DNA of 64,000 bases, from NCBI RefSeq assembly GCF_036321535.1, contig NC_087437.1:80974001-81038000 (forward strand), in the 5' to 3' direction. Positions 50,379 through 64,000 of this stretch are shown here, one piece after another. The notes beneath the pieces are model-generated. The model was not told where the DNA came from. It did no database searches and saw only the letters and a program-made list of their open reading frames with translations. Each line of letters opens with the position of its first letter. The first letter of the stretch is position 1. The stretch is from Camelus dromedarius (Eukaryota). A program made the position numbers and the translations under genes.

Positions 50379-50759
50379 ACATTAAACTATCGTCCTAGGG
50401 GAGAGTGACAGTTACTTCACTGATGCTCCACTTCTCTGGAGCAAAAAGGGTGTCAAAAACATGACTCTTTTTAGCTTCACAGGAACTATATTGAAGTTTG
50501 AAGCAAGGAGTTAAATGGTAGCTGAAATAAATATTAGTTAAACAACTTGCTCCCTGTTTTCCTGAGATTATTTGAAGTGGCTATTTTACTTTCCAGCTAC
50601 CTAGCTCAGGATATGCGCCCATTCTGAAATTTTGCACTTGGTAATGAAGTATAAATATTTTCAGCGACTAAGAAGGCACAGAATTAGAAGGCTCTGAAAT
50701 ATTAAATTATCTTTATGTTGATTCTGTATGATCTTAACTATATAGATATATTAATATTT

Positions 50760-50867
50760 ATTGATAAATTTCTTCTGCTTTGTTTTTTGAGAGCATCTTG
50801 GTTATTCTTAGCCCTTTGTATTTCCATGTGAATTTTGGAATCCGCTTGTTAAGCTACACACAAACAC

Positions 50868-50922
<55 letters not shown>

Positions 50923-52600
50923 TCTGCTGAGTTTTGATTAGCATTTTATCAACTCTTAGGCCAGTTTGGAAAGGACTGACAACTTAAACAATTGAGTTTT
51001 CTATCTAAGAAATGCCATAACCCTTATATGGTCTGTTAATCATAGTAGCGTTTTTTCATACCTTTTGCTATATTTATTTCTAGAGATTTGGTATTTTTTT
51101 ACACTATTATAAATGATAACCCTAAATATTTCATTTCTGTTTGCTGTTGGTACAGAAATGCAATTGGTTTTTGTCATATTGATTTTGTATTTGGCAATTT
51201 TGCTAAACTCATTTATTTTTTTCTAATAATTTATTGTAGGTTATTTTGTATTCTACAAGCAGCTCATAAGCAAATAATGTTGGCCTTGTTTCTTCCTTTA
51301 CTGAACTCCAAACCTCTTACTTCTTTTTCTTGCTTTATTACACTGGCTAGAACCTTGAGTACAAAGTTGAATGGTGGAGACAACGAGTATCCTTCTATTG
51401 TTCCTGACCTCAGAGAGAAAGCTTTCAGTATTGTACCATTTTGCGTATGACATCTGCCACAATTTTTTCCCTCATTAGATATCCTCTAAACTATTCTATT
51501 TCTTGTTTTCTAGGAATTATATATAGAATTACATCAAATGGTCTTTTGCATCTATTGAGATGATCAAATAAGTTTTTTCCTTTGCTCTATTATTGTAAAC
51601 ATTAATATTAATATCTAATATTAAATCATCTTGTATTTCTGGAATAAGCTCTGTTTAGCTATTATATATTATTCTCTTTTTTATATCAGTTAACTAAAAG
51701 TTTGTTTAGAGTATTTTTTCTTTAATAGTTTTAAGCAAAATCTGCCTATATCCAGGTTGTGGTGACCTTGTTTAAAGAGGGGAAGAAGTCTTTCTTTTTC
51801 TATTCTTTGGAAAAGTGTGTATAAAATAAGTGATTATTTAATTAAAATAGTTGGTAGAATTTAACATTAACCTATCTGAGTCTGTAACTTTGGGGGGAAG
51901 TTGGGGAGAGGTTTAAAATCACAAATTAAATTAAAAAATTAAAGGGTTCATAGTGTTTATTTTTGTGTCAATTTCAGTAAATTACATTTTATTTTCTGGA
52001 AATCTGTCCATTTCATTTAAATATTCAAACTTAATGGCATATATTTATATCCTCTTATTATAATGTTAATATCTATATAATCTTTAGTGATGTCCCATTT
52101 TCATTCCTGATACTGGAAATTTAGGCCTTCTCCTACTTTCTTGACCATTTTCATCACCAATTTAAAAATTTTATTAGTTTTTCAAAGAATTAGTTTTATC
52201 TTATTTATCCTTCTGATCAAAAGTTTTCCTGTTTTATTAATTTCCACTTTCCTTTATTCCCTTCCTCTTAATTTGGGGTGTGATTTGCTGGTTTTTATTT
52301 TTAGCTTTTTCAGCTTCTTGAGGTAGATATTCAGATCAATTTTTAATTGTTCCTCTTCTCTAATATATACATTTAAAACTATGTTTCCCTCAGAGCATGG
52401 CTGTAATTGCATTCTAGACACTTTAGTATATAGTATGATCATGGTGGTTTAGTTCAAAATGATTTCTAATTTCCATTTGATTTTTTTAATCCATGGATTA
52501 TTTAGAAATGTGTTACTTAACTTCCAAACAATTGGGGGTTTAAAAACTATTCTTGTTTTTGATTTCTGGTTTTAATCAGTTGTAATCGGAAAACATACGC
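50760..52600 (-). mobile_element. Old degenerate L1M ORF2 fragment
   Basis: ttgttcctgacctcagagagaaagctttcag and tgcatctattgagatgatca antisense ORF2 motifs. Confidence 0.7.
50856..50919. repeat. (CA)n microsatellite
   Basis: Read directly from the sequence. Confidence 0.95.
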
Positions 52601-53942
52601 TACATGTAGCTGTTCAGTGTTGCAATTCAGAGCTCAGAGAGTCTCAACAGCCTCTTCTTGTCTTTGGCAATCCCTGAGCTCCTGTGTTTTTGTCCTTGGC
52701 TTTATGAAGCTATCAAGTGCTTTCTTAGCTCCTCAGCTTCTTAGTTGTCCCATGTAGAATCAGTCTTCATGGAAAAGTAGTCCCAAATGCCTGGCTTAAC
52801 ACCCACCACCAATTTCTTTCCCCTATATCTTGGTCTGATCATTTTTATTGCCTTGTTAAGGGCATTTTAACATAAAATCATTGTCTCAAATGATTTCATG
52901 TAGAAATTAAAAAAAATTTTGTTTTATCTTCAGTGGGAGAGGTGGTCCCAATTACTGGAAGCAAAATATTCAACCTTTACAATGACCTTGTGTGGGAATT
53001 CATATCTCAGTTTTACCAATGAAATACTAACATATAGAGAGATGAAAATAAAATGGGATTTTAAGAGGTCACGTACTATAATAGAGCACCAACTTTCTAA
53101 TAACCTTTAGCACCTAAATTAGGAATGGAAATATCATAAATATCGAATGGAAAATAATTTACACATGTCATACATCCAGTGTATGTCAGTGAAAGATGAG
53201 AGAGAGGCATCTCATTAGTAGAGTAATTACGATTTTGAAAAGCATCTGTCTTAAAAATTTTGCTTTTTGTTTAGCAGCAGTCTCTTTCTGCTTACTGATA
53301 TCTTTAGCACAGGTGATAGAGCTGTAGTCTGTGATGAAGCACCCAGATGATAATGGTGTGCATTCTTAAAAATGGTAGCTGTAATGAGAGAGACTCAGGA
53401 AAGGACTTGCGGTAATTTTTCCAAGGAAACATTTTATTTACCCTCTCTGAGCTCCTTGCAATAGCTTATTGCTGATTAGCTGGAAATTCTGCCTCGCAGG
53501 TAAACAGGTACACACTTGAAGAATGTAGCTTGTTCATTCTTTTCAGTTCCTAGGAATTAGGAACCCTCTCTTTTAAGCAATAGAAAAGTGATGAAACTAA
53601 AACATAAATTAATTGAAATGAATTTATTAAAAACTCTGACTTAAGAATAAACGAATTCAGCATGACTTAAATCACCTTTTCTTCCAGTTTCTTTCACAAG
53701 TTGTTGGCAGTAACCATTTTTTGAAGCATTTATACAATTTAAGAAAGATTAATACTTGTTTATTTTAAACATTTTTTTCTGATCATATGCTTATTGTGGA
53801 GAATTTCAAAGCATAAAGAAAGAAACAGTATAACCCATAATCTTGCCACCTGGGAGAAAAACCCCACATTTATCATTTTAAGATACGTCTTACTAGTTTT
53901 CTCCATGCATGTATATTTTTACAAGTATATTTTGTAAATTAT

Positions 53943-56190
53943 TTTATTTTTTTCAGCTCTGTTGAAATGTAATTGATGTATAACATTAATGTATAATCAT
54001 CACAATGTGTTGATTTGATACATTTATATACTGCAAAATGATTACCATTGTAGTGTTAGCACCTCAATCATGTCACATAATTCCCATTTCTTTTTGTGGT
54101 GAGAACATTTAGGGTCTATTCTCTTGGCAAGTTTCAAGTGTATAGTATAATATTGTTAACTGCCATCACCATGCTGTGCAATAGATCCCATGACCTTATT
54201 TATCTTGTTAGTGAAAGTTTGTACCCTTTGATCAACATCTTTCTGTTTCCCTCACTCTCCCAACCCTGGTAACCATCAGTTCACTCTCTGGTTCTATGAG
54301 TTAAACTTTTTTTTAGAAGCCATGTATAAATGAAATCATATAGTATTTGTCTTTCTATGTCTGACTATATTTTGCTTAGCATAAAGTCTTACAGATTCAT
54401 CCATGTTGTCACAAATAGCAAGATTTCCTGTTTTTTTTTTTTTTTTTTAAGGCTGGACAATATTCCATTGTATCTATATACTACCTTTTCCTTATCCATG
54501 TCTGTTGATGGACCCTTCATGGTTTCCATATTTTGACTATTGTGAATAATGCTGCAGTGAACATGGGGGTGATGATTTCTCTTTGATGTACTGATTTCAT
54601 TTCATTTGGACATAAACCAGGAGTGGGACTGGTGGATCATAGGGAAGTTCTCTTTTCAATTTTTTGAGGAACCTCTATTGTTTTTCATAATGGCTATCCA
54701 AATTTACTTTCTCACCGAAAGTGTACAAGAGTTTCCTTGAATCCTACCTCACTAGCACTTGCTATATCTTGCCTTTTTGATGCCAGCCATTCTAACAGGT
54801 GTGAGGTAGTAGCTCAGTGTGGTTTTGATTTGCATTTCCCTGATGATGAGTGATGTTGAGAACCTCATTACGTTCTTGTTGGCCATCCCTATGTCTTCTT
54901 TGGGAAATCTCTATTTAGTTCTTCTGCCCATTTTTAAATCAGATTTTTTTTTTTTGGCTATTGAATTGTATGAATTCTTTGTATATTTTGGATGTTAGCC
55001 CCTCATTAGATATATGATTTGCAAATACTTTCTCCCATTCAGTAGGTTGCCTTTTCATTTTGTTGGTGGCTTCCTTTGGTTACCAGAAGCTTTTTAGTTT
55101 GATGTAGTCTTACTTGTTTATTTTGCTTTTATTGCCTGTAGTTTTAGTATCATATAAAATAAAATCATAGCCAAGACCAACATCAAGAATCTTTTCCCCT
55201 GTGTTGTCTTCTAGGAGTTTTATGATTTCAGGTCTTACAGTTAAGTCTTTAATCTTTTTTAGTTAATTTTTTGTGAGTGGTATAAGAGGAGTTCAGTTTC
55301 ATTCTTTTGTGTGTGGCTAACCAGTTTTCTCTACACCATCTATTGAAGAGACTATCCTTTCCCTATTGTTTATTCTTGGCACCTTTGTCAAAGGTTAGTT
55401 GACTGAATATGTATGAGTTTATTCTGACTTCTTCTTTCTGTTCCACTGTTCTATGTGTCTGTTTCTAATGTAAGTACATAACATTTTGTTTACTACAGCT
55501 TTGTAGTGTAGTTTGAAATCAGGAAGCATGCTATTTTCCAACTATTTTTCCCCTCAAGACTGCTTAGGCTACCTGAGGTCTTTTGTTGTTCCATTGCAAT
55601 TTTAGAATTTTTCTTTTTCTGTGAAAAATACCATTGGAATGTTGATAGGGATTGCACTGAATCTGTAGATTGTTTTGCACAGCATGGACATTTAAACAAT
55701 ACTAATTCTTCCAATACATAAACTTGGGGTATCCTTCCATTTATTTGTGTCTTCTTTAATTTTTTTCATCAATCTTTTGTAGTTTTCAGTGTGGTGATCT
55801 TTCACTTCCTTGTTTAAATTATTCCTAAGTATTTTATTCTTTTTGATCTTACTGCAAATGGGATTTCTTTTCCTTAATTTCTTGTTCAGATAGTTCTTTG
55901 TTAGTGTTTAGAGGTACAACTAATTTTTATATTGATTATGTGTTCTGCAGCTTTATTGAATTAGTTTATTAGTTCTAACAGTTTTTTTTACTTTGATGGA
56001 GTCTTTAGGTTTTTCTATATAAGATTATGTCGTCTGCAAACAGAGACAATTTCACTTCTTCCTTTCCAGTTTGGATGTTTTTAATTTCTTTTTCTTGCCT
56101 AATTGGTCAGGCTTGGACTTCCAGTACTATGTTGTATTGAAGTAGGGAGAGTGGGTCCCTTGTTTTGTTCCTGATCTTAGGGGAAAAGCA
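53943..56190 (-). mobile_element. L1 (L1MA-like) 3' segment, non-inverted part of an inverted insertion
   Basis: 3' UTR through ORF2 back to the AFPLRSGT region. Confidence 0.85.
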
Positions 56191-56214
56191 AAAGTTAATT
56201 AATTAATAAAGGAA

Positions 56215-57948
56215 AAATTCATACCAAAACTTACGGGATGATACAGATTCAGCAAAAGTAGTGCTAAGAGGGAAGCTTATTGTAATAAACCCCTAAATTA
56301 AAAAGAGAGAAAGCTCTCAATAAGCAACTTAAATTTACACCTCAAGGAACTAGAAAAAGAAGACCAGACTAAGCCCAGAGTTAGCAGAAGGAAGGAAGTA
56401 ACAAAGATTAGAACAGAAACAAATGAAACACACACCAGAAAAAAAATAGAAAAGATCAATAAAACTTGGAGTTGAGTTTTTGGAAACAAAAATTGACAAA
56501 ACTTTAACTAGACTTACCAATTACAAAGAAGACTCAAATAAAATTATAATGAGAGAGGAGATATTATAATGGACAAATCAGAAATACGAGGAATCATGAG
56601 ACTACTATGAACAATTACATACAAACAAATTTTGAATAGCCTAGAATAAATGGATACATCCCTAGAAACATATATCCTACCAAGACCTGAATCCTGAAGA
56701 AATAGAAAACCTGAACAGGCCAGCAATGGGTAAGGAGATTGTATCAGTAATTGCAAACCTCCCAACAAAGAAAAGCCCAAGACCAGATGGCTTCACAGCT
56801 GAACATACCAGATACTTAAAGAAGAATTAATGCAAGTCCTTCTCAAACTCTTCCAAAAAACTTCAGGTCAATATCCCTATAAATAAAGAAGCAAAAATTA
56901 TCCACAAAATACTAGCAAACCAAATTCAACAGCACATTTAAAAGATTATACATTATAACCAAGTGGATTCATCCCTGGGATGCAAAGATAGTTCAACACA
57001 CATAAATTAGTAAACATGATATACCACATTAACAGAATTAAGGGTAAAAATCATATGATCAATCTTAATAGATGCAGAAAAAAAATTTGATAAATTTCAG
57101 CATCCTCTCATGATAAAAGCTCTAGTCAAATTAGATATAGAAAAAGGAACCTCAAAAACTCTAATTCAAAAACATACATGTATAATGTGTATGTGCAGTC
57201 AAACTGTAATAATTCTACCTATTAAAACTGAAAAAGGAAAAAAAGTTATTCTAAAAAAAGGATAACATGCACCTCAATAATCATAGCAGCACTACTTACA
57301 ATAGCCAAGACATGGAAGCAACCTAAATGTCCATCAACAGATAAATAGATGAAGAAGATGTGGTATATGTATATACAATGGAATATTACTCAGCCATAAA
57401 AAAGAATAAAGTCATGTCATTTGCAGCAACATGGAGGTTCCTAGAGATTATCATATTAAATGAAGTAAGTCAGACAGGGAAAGACAATTATATGATATCA
57501 CTAATATGTGGAATCTAAAAAAAAATAATACAAATAAACTTATTTACAAAACAGAAATAGACTCAGAGACACAGAAAACAAACTTATGGTTACCAAAGGG
57601 GAAAGGTGAGGGGGAGGGATAAATTAGGAATTTGGGATTAAAAAATACACACTACTATAAATAAAATAGATAAGCAACAAGGACCCACTGCATAGCATAG
57701 GGAACAGCATTCAATATCTGGTAATAACCAATACTGGAAAAGAATCTAAAAAAGAATATATATGTATATGTATAAGTGAATCACTTTGCTGTATACCAGA
57801 CACATTGTAAATTAACTAGACTTGCATAAAAAAATACTCAATATTTTCTTTGATGTAAAGAACTTTTTTTAAAAAGGTACCTCAGCCTAACTAGGGTCAA
57901 ATAAGACAAGGCCACAGCTAACATCATACTCAACTGTGAAAAGAACTA
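56215..57948 (+). mobile_element. Inverted L1 ORF2 segment of the same insertion, interrupted at 57155-57870
   Basis: Degenerate AKxVLRGK, KSPxPDGF, HPxMIK and TANIILNxEK regions on the plus strand. Confidence 0.8.
57155..57870 (+). mobile_element. Younger L1 3' end with 14-bp TSD
   Basis: TSD aaaaaggaacctca (57141-57154) / aaaaaggtacctca (57871-57884); cetartiodactyl-type 3' UTR. Confidence 0.85.
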
Positions 57949-59599
57949 ATTATTTAGTTTTGTGTCAGTAAGATATATTTATCAATTGTATTTTTTTTGG
58001 TAATTTCATTGCTTTCTTTATTTTTTTATCTGTTATGTTTTTATAAATTTCTGTTTTTAATCTGGTTGTAGTTTATAATTGAATGTTTTATTCATTCATT
58101 CTCCATCTTCCAGGTTATTATTTTTACTAAAAGCAGCTTTATAATGCTAATAAGTCATACATTTGGTATACAAGGAACAGAATTTTATTTTGTCCAACTT
58201 ATCTTTTGCATATTTGATTTTTATTATTGATATTTTAGTTAATGGGTAATTGAAAAATATAACTTTCTTGATTTTTATATCTCAACTGAAAACCAAGAGC
58301 GTTTCCTAGTGTCTTCCCTCTTTGGTGGGTTGTGAATTCCATCTTCTGTCTGTCTAGCACTGATCAACTGCTGAAATCTTGGCTTTAGGCTTTGGCGGCT
58401 TAACTGGGTTTTTTTGCTTGGGTCTCACTCTGCATGGGAAGGGCTTAGGAGTTGGCAAATGCCTCAAGGCAAATTTCTGACTCTTCCGGAGTTATCCTCT
58501 TTTATCCCCCTTCTCTCTTAGGCTTTGGCCTCTGGTCTGTTCTTCTCAACCTGGTGCAACTGCTCCAAGCCCCAGTCTCCCACTTAGTGTTTAGAAACGA
58601 TGGTTCAAATCACAACGCCTCTGAGGGAAAAACCAGTCATCAATGTGGGTTTATCTTCGTCTGCCCCACTTTTCTTTGGGATCTTTGCCCTGCAACTTCT
58701 TGTCTTGGTTGCTCTGATGCCTTCACAGATGCTTTCAAACATTTTTAAAAGTCTTTTATTCAGCTTTCATAATTGTTTTCGGCAAGAGAATTGGTAATGA
58801 GAATACAAGATTTTCCCCTTAATGCATTCTTTTCTTATAATGATCAGTTGCTTTTTAATTGTACTCTCAGCTTTTAGTTTGTTGATGCTACTTTATAAAC
58901 TTATCTCTTGACCTACACTTCAAAAAGTCTGCTTTCTTTTAATTTATTAAAAATGAAAAGTAGAAAATTTCTAAAAATATCTTCAGTTTCTTACTGTAAG
59001 TCAGTTTCTTACTGTAAATCATTTTATGTGTATGCCCTGTATCCCTAAGGGACTTCCTTTCCTCATGCTATTTAATATTGTTTGACTCAGTCTTGAAAGA
59101 GAAGAAATCTGCCCAGGTTCTGTGTTTGGGAAAAACAATTTACAATTCCTGTAAGTCCCCGTACTATTCATTTGGGTGTGGAGTAAATCTCTCATATCTT
59201 AAACTGAAGGGGGTTGTTTTTATTAGATATCTCCTAGCCAGATTTCAAAGGTCAGTGAATCATTGGTTTAGAATGGCTCCGCTAGTTTGTCTCTTGTCTT
59301 TCAGCTGAGTTCACTGACTCAGAGGGAGTTTATTCCTGAATCATTAGAGAAAGACTGCAGCTTTCATCCAAATAGTATTTGGGAAGTAACAGTCCCAAAT
59401 GTATTGGCTTCCTTGCCTCTTCCTTAATTCACCCCTGCCTCTTAAATACTTCACATCGGAAGATACAACATACCTAATGCCACAAAAACCTACAGTGTTT
59501 TTATAAGCCCCAAGAACCTTGGGTACACAGGGTTATATAAAATGACAGTTTTAGAAAGAGAATGCCTAAGAAGTTATTCTTGTGCTGCAGTCGAGTGGC

Positions 59600-59860
59600 T
59601 GCCAAGTGTGGGATAAGGAAAAGAGCAGGGCTTTTGTGTCAGGCAGTCTTGGCTACCTCGACCCTCAAGCTTCTCAGCAGTGGAAAGGTAATTTAAAGCT
59701 TCCTCACTGTAAAACTGGTATGGTAATGTACGCTCCTCAAAGGACTATTGTGAGGACAAACAACACAATCAGTATACTCTTGGTACAAAGCAAGTGCTCC
59801 AAATACTAGCTATTATTATTATTTTTATTTTATTATTATTATTTATTATTATTACTATTC
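59600..59860 (+). mobile_element. MIR with (TTA)n tail
   Basis: cctcactgtaaaactgg..ggactattgtgagga..aagtgctccaaatactagctattattatt. Confidence 0.7.
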
Positions 59861-60539
59861 TGATAATAAACATTAGTAACTTCATTTTGGACACCAAATT
59901 CCTTTGAAAAATTTGTGTATTTTGTATATTAAGCAAGATTTTGTAATATTTCTAATTTGGTGACATGGGGGACAGGGTCAAGGGGAACTAGGGTGTGGCG
60001 ATGAAAGAAAGAAACCTGGGAAGTTCCTTAGACCCATCTTTGCAACATGAGTGATCCAGCCCAGCTATTTGAGGGGCAGATCTCCCACACCAGAGCCTCA
60101 GCAAAGCCCTATTGCAATTATCTGTGCTATTTTCCCCAACACTTTGTAGTCGCTGCCATTTTCAGACCTCATTTTAATGAAAGCCTTCACAAGCTGACTT
60201 CAGTTTGTCATCCTAGCCAGGCCTCCTACCATCTACTAGCAGGTACTCTAAGTGACAACCACACAGGGCAACTGTGATAGTCTCTGAGTATGGTAACACT
60301 TCCTCTTCCATACATTTTTTTTTTCATTCTGTTTTCCCAGCCTGCCCATTCTTGATTGCCCTTTCTCCTTTGTTATTATCAACATGAATTCTTAAACCCT
60401 TCCTCCTTCACAACTCAGCAAAAGCAACTTCTTTTTCTTTAGCAGCCTGAACAAGGACATATGTATCGTTCAATGGTATATGATGAGAATACTTGCAAAG
60501 GGCTTTCTTTTTTTAAATTTATGCAACAATCTGCTTGGA

Positions 60540-60971
60540 TTTTTTTTATTATATTAGTTTCAAGTGTGCAACATAGTGATTCAATATTTTAATAGATTAT
60601 ATTCCATTTAAAGTTATTATAAAATACTGGCTATACTCTCCATGCTATACAATATATCCTGATAACTTACTTATTTTATACATAGTAGCTTGTATCTCTT
60701 AAGCTCCCATCCTTGTCTTGCCCTCTCCCCTTCCCTTCCCCCACTGGTAACCACTAGTTTGTTCTCTATATCTGTAAGTCTGTTTCTGTTTTGTTGTATT
60801 CATTTGTTTGTTTCATTTTTTGGATTCCACATATAAGTGATAATATACAGTATTTGTCTGTCTCTCTCTGGCTGTTTCACTAAGTGTACCTTCTGGGTCC
60901 ATCTATGTTGTTGCAAATGACAAAATTTCATTCTTCTTTATGGCTGAGTAATATTCCATTGTGTGTGTGTG

Positions 60972-61011
<40 letters not shown>

Positions 61012-61235
61012 CACATATATATATACACACATACATACACCACATCTTCTTTATCCATTCATCTATTGATAGGCCCTTAGATTGCTCCCATATATTGAAT
61101 TTTGTGAATAATGCTGCTATGAACAGCGGTGCATGTATCTTTTCAAATTTGTGTTTTCATTTTCTTCAGATGTACACAGAAGTGGAATTTCTGGATCATA
61201 TGGTAGTTCTACTTTTAGTTTTTTGAGGAATCTCC
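60540..61235 (-). mobile_element. L1 3' end with internal (GT)(AT)(AC) repeat
   Basis: 3' UTR and ORF2 terminus (FLKKLKVELPYDPEIPL). Confidence 0.85.
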
Positions 61236-62449
61236 AGTTTCTTACTTTCCTTTGCGTTTTATGGCAGTGAGGTATAATTTTTTTTTTTAACCTGGTAGGC
61301 ATTCAGTAAAGGCCATTAAAAACAGAACTCAATAATCTTATTTAATGATAATGCTTTCTATTTAGATGCCACTGATGAAAGACAATGTTTACACAGACAG
61401 GAAATAGCAACCCTCAAAATCTGTTAGTTATGATTATGTTTGCTTGCATAGTCAGTTGTGAGTAGATGGTTGTTTAAACTAATGTTGCCTTAGTTTCTAT
61501 AGACCCAAGAGTAATCACTGAGTCAGAGAAAGACTCTGTTATTATAAGACTTAGTAGTTCACACTACACAGAATGCCTCCAAATTTCTTTCAGGGAATCA
61601 AGAAGTCTATATCTAGATCTTTATGCCCTATCTCCAGATAAATAAAGTTTTCATTCTCTTACTTTCAGAATTAACACTTCCTTTATTCTTGATCTTGGTT
61701 AATGATTTTACTCAGTTTCCCAAGTCAGATACCTGGGTTTCATCCACTTTCTCTTTTCCTTTATTCTATTTATAATCCCTGCTGAAGTCTATCAGTTTGC
61801 TTGAAGTTTAAAAATAAAATGCACCTCTTACTTTTTTTTTAATCATCTTTTCCTTCTTGGAAAGAGTAGAAACCAGTTACCTGCTCATATCCCTTGCCAC
61901 AATCTCCTTCCCACTCTAGTCTGTTTTTAAAATACTTGAGTATGTAAGCAATGCCAATTAAAAAAATTATTCAATAATACTATCCCTACTATTTGAAAAT
62001 CTGTTAGATTCAAGTGGCTAAATTATGGAATTGAAACTCCTTGGCTTTGACCTAATCTGTCTTGTCAGCCCCAGTTCCTACTAACCCTGTCTGTACAAGA
62101 ACACACCAGATCCTTTAAGGGTCTTTTTGGCTCCTTTGCCCAGAACAGCCCTTCTTTGCTGTCAAGTTGCCACTCACCTTTCAAGATGTAACAAAATACT
62201 AATTCCTAGGTAAAAGTTGCTCTGTCTGTGGGGTTTCTCAGGCCTTTGTTAATGTATCTTCCATAGTTACTGCCCTGGGTGGTTATTTGTCAGTTTGTCT
62301 TTGTCCTCCTCATGGAGCTTAAACCCTGTGAGAAAAGAAATCCTAAATTCTCATCTTTGTAAACCCAGGTATTGCACAGTATGTAATAACAGTAGGGGTG
62401 CAATTTAATTTTCTTAACTTTGGCTTTGAAATTTTAGCTACATGTTTAA

Positions 62450-62620
62450 GGGCATAATGAGAACCCTACAGGCAAGTTAAGAGACCTGAGTTCTAGTCCT
62501 GGGTTGGTTATTAACATAACCTGCGTGTGTCCCATCATCTCTTTGTGCTTTGATTTTTTTTTTCATTGGTCAAGTGAGGAGATTGGACTAGATGCTCTCT
62601 GGGGCCCTTCCTTTTCTGAA
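62450..62620 (+). mobile_element. MIR fragment
   Basis: gagacctgagttctagtcctgg...ttggactagatg..ctctggggcccttcc. Confidence 0.7.
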
Positions 62621-63474
62621 AAATGACAATTCTTCCTGAGGAGGCGTTTATATTGATTTGAGCAGATCTGCTAGTGGTAACTTAGGGCACATTCTTAATT
62701 TATAACTGTTCATTTCCTCCTGTTCTTTTCCTGTACTTCTGACCAACCACTCATTCTGATTCAATGAACTTTATCGCAGAATGAGACAATAGAGAGTCAC
62801 AGTTTAGACATGTGATCTTGGAATCATACGAGGGTCTCGCTACACACACTGCACACAAAATCCTTTAATTAACCACGTGAAGTGTATTAGTCACATGCTC
62901 TTGAGAAAACTGAAAAAAAAGAAAAAAGAAAAAAAAGGACCCATCCCAGGCCCAGATGTGCCCTTGGAAAAGACTGGGCCAACAACAGAGAAGGAGGGGT
63001 GAGAATTTCAGCCATGATTACTCCCATCTGTTGCTCTTTAAAACCAAACCAAAAAAAAAAAAAAAAAGTTTCCTAAATGAACACTAGACATGGGGAAAAT
63101 TTTAAGAAGTTGATATCAAGGCTGGACTAACTATGTAGAATTAATAGCTTACTAGCCCTAAATTTCGAGATGGGATTTTAGATTGCAAATTTTGTTGAAG
63201 TCTCAACTGCTTTTCATTTCTTTTCTGCTTTGGCTTCATTCTTCTTAACTTTGAGGCTTCTGTGATAAGTCTAGAATACAACCAAATACTTTGGTGGATA
63301 AATCCACCCCACTGAGCTTAGCTGGATCAGAATTTTTCCACACAAACTTTTGGACACTTAATACGCTGATCCAAACAGGTATGAAGAAGAGTGATACCAA
63401 CTTTCTTTATGAATTTAAGGAATAGAGAATAACTGTAAATTGGGAGAACTCAGCTGAACCCATGTTGATTTCAT

Positions 63475-64000
63475 TTTTTAAAATTGAAGTATAGTCAGTT
63501 ACAATGTGTCAATTTCTGGTGTACAGCACGATGTCCCAGTCATGCATATACATACATATATTCATTTTCATATTCTTTTTCTTTAAAGGTTATTACAAGA
63601 TACTGAGTATAGTTCCCTGTGCTATACAGATGAAATTTGGGTTTTTTTGTATCTATTTTTATAAATGGTGGCTTACATTTGCAAATCTCAAACTCTGCAA
63701 CTCTCTTTATCCCTTTTCCCCGGTAACCGTTAAGATTGTTTACTATGTTTCTGAGTCTGTTTCTGTTTTGTAAATGAGTTCATTAGTGTCTTCTCCCCCC
63801 CCCCCCTTTTAAGATTCCACATTTAAGTGATATCATATGGTATTTTTCTTTCTTTTTTTGGCTTACTTCACTTACAATGACAATCTCTAGTTCCATCCAT
63901 GTTGCTGCAAATGGCATTATTTTATTCTTTTTTTGTGGCTGAGTAGGATTCCATTGTATAAATAGGCCACAGCTTCTTTATCCAGTTACCAGTGGATGGA
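63475..64000 (-). mobile_element. Young L1 3' end, runs off window end
   Basis: attgaagtatagtcagttacaatgtgtcaatttctggtgtacagc 3' UTR, same family as 432-980. Confidence 0.9.

Noticed and set aside
58983..59017. 18-bp tandem duplication, with similar short repeats near 13587 and 41957
   Set aside because: Two-copy slippage duplications, not an array or CRISPR-like structure.
60961..61042. (GT)n(AT)n(AC)n quasi-palindrome, with a similar one at 5820-5860
   Set aside because: Ordinary microsatellite expansion, here inside an L1 3' region.
63274..63378. Possible exon ending at cag|gtatga
   Set aside because: Acceptor is ambiguous and the peptide is unrecognisable.

Overview
Repeat-dense mammalian genomic DNA, most likely camelid (alpaca/llama/camel). 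This is inferred from four tRNA-derived SINEs resembling the camelid Vic-1 family and from young cetartiodactyl-type L1 3' UTRs. I find no intact protein-coding gene. The recognisable ORFs in the track are L1 ORF1/ORF2 remnants plus one EGF-domain exon; the rest look like antisense or low-complexity artefacts. The window holds nested L1s of several ages, L2, MIR, MaLR and ERV1 solo LTRs, and hAT/Tigger MITEs. L1s and LTRs are strongly biased to the minus strand, which suggests an intron of a plus-strand gene. The standout feature is a ~625-bp insert at 33152-33776. It carries one calcium-binding-EGF exon of nephronectin (NPNT) with flanking intron and both splice sites, but has retroposition hallmarks on the OPPOSITE strand: AATAAA, an A-rich tail, a 14-bp TSD and an L1-endonuclease-like site. 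It looks like an exon moved by L1 through an antisense RNA. Other notable structures are an L1 3' transduction (38396-39424), an L1-in-L1 insertion with a ~130-bp duplication (17250-20247), a twin-priming L1 inversion (53943-57948), four ERV1 solo LTRs within 7 kb, and a candidate 64-nt host exon (29076-29139). Repeat family names come from my recall of consensus sequences, not a database search, and boundaries without TSDs are approximate.
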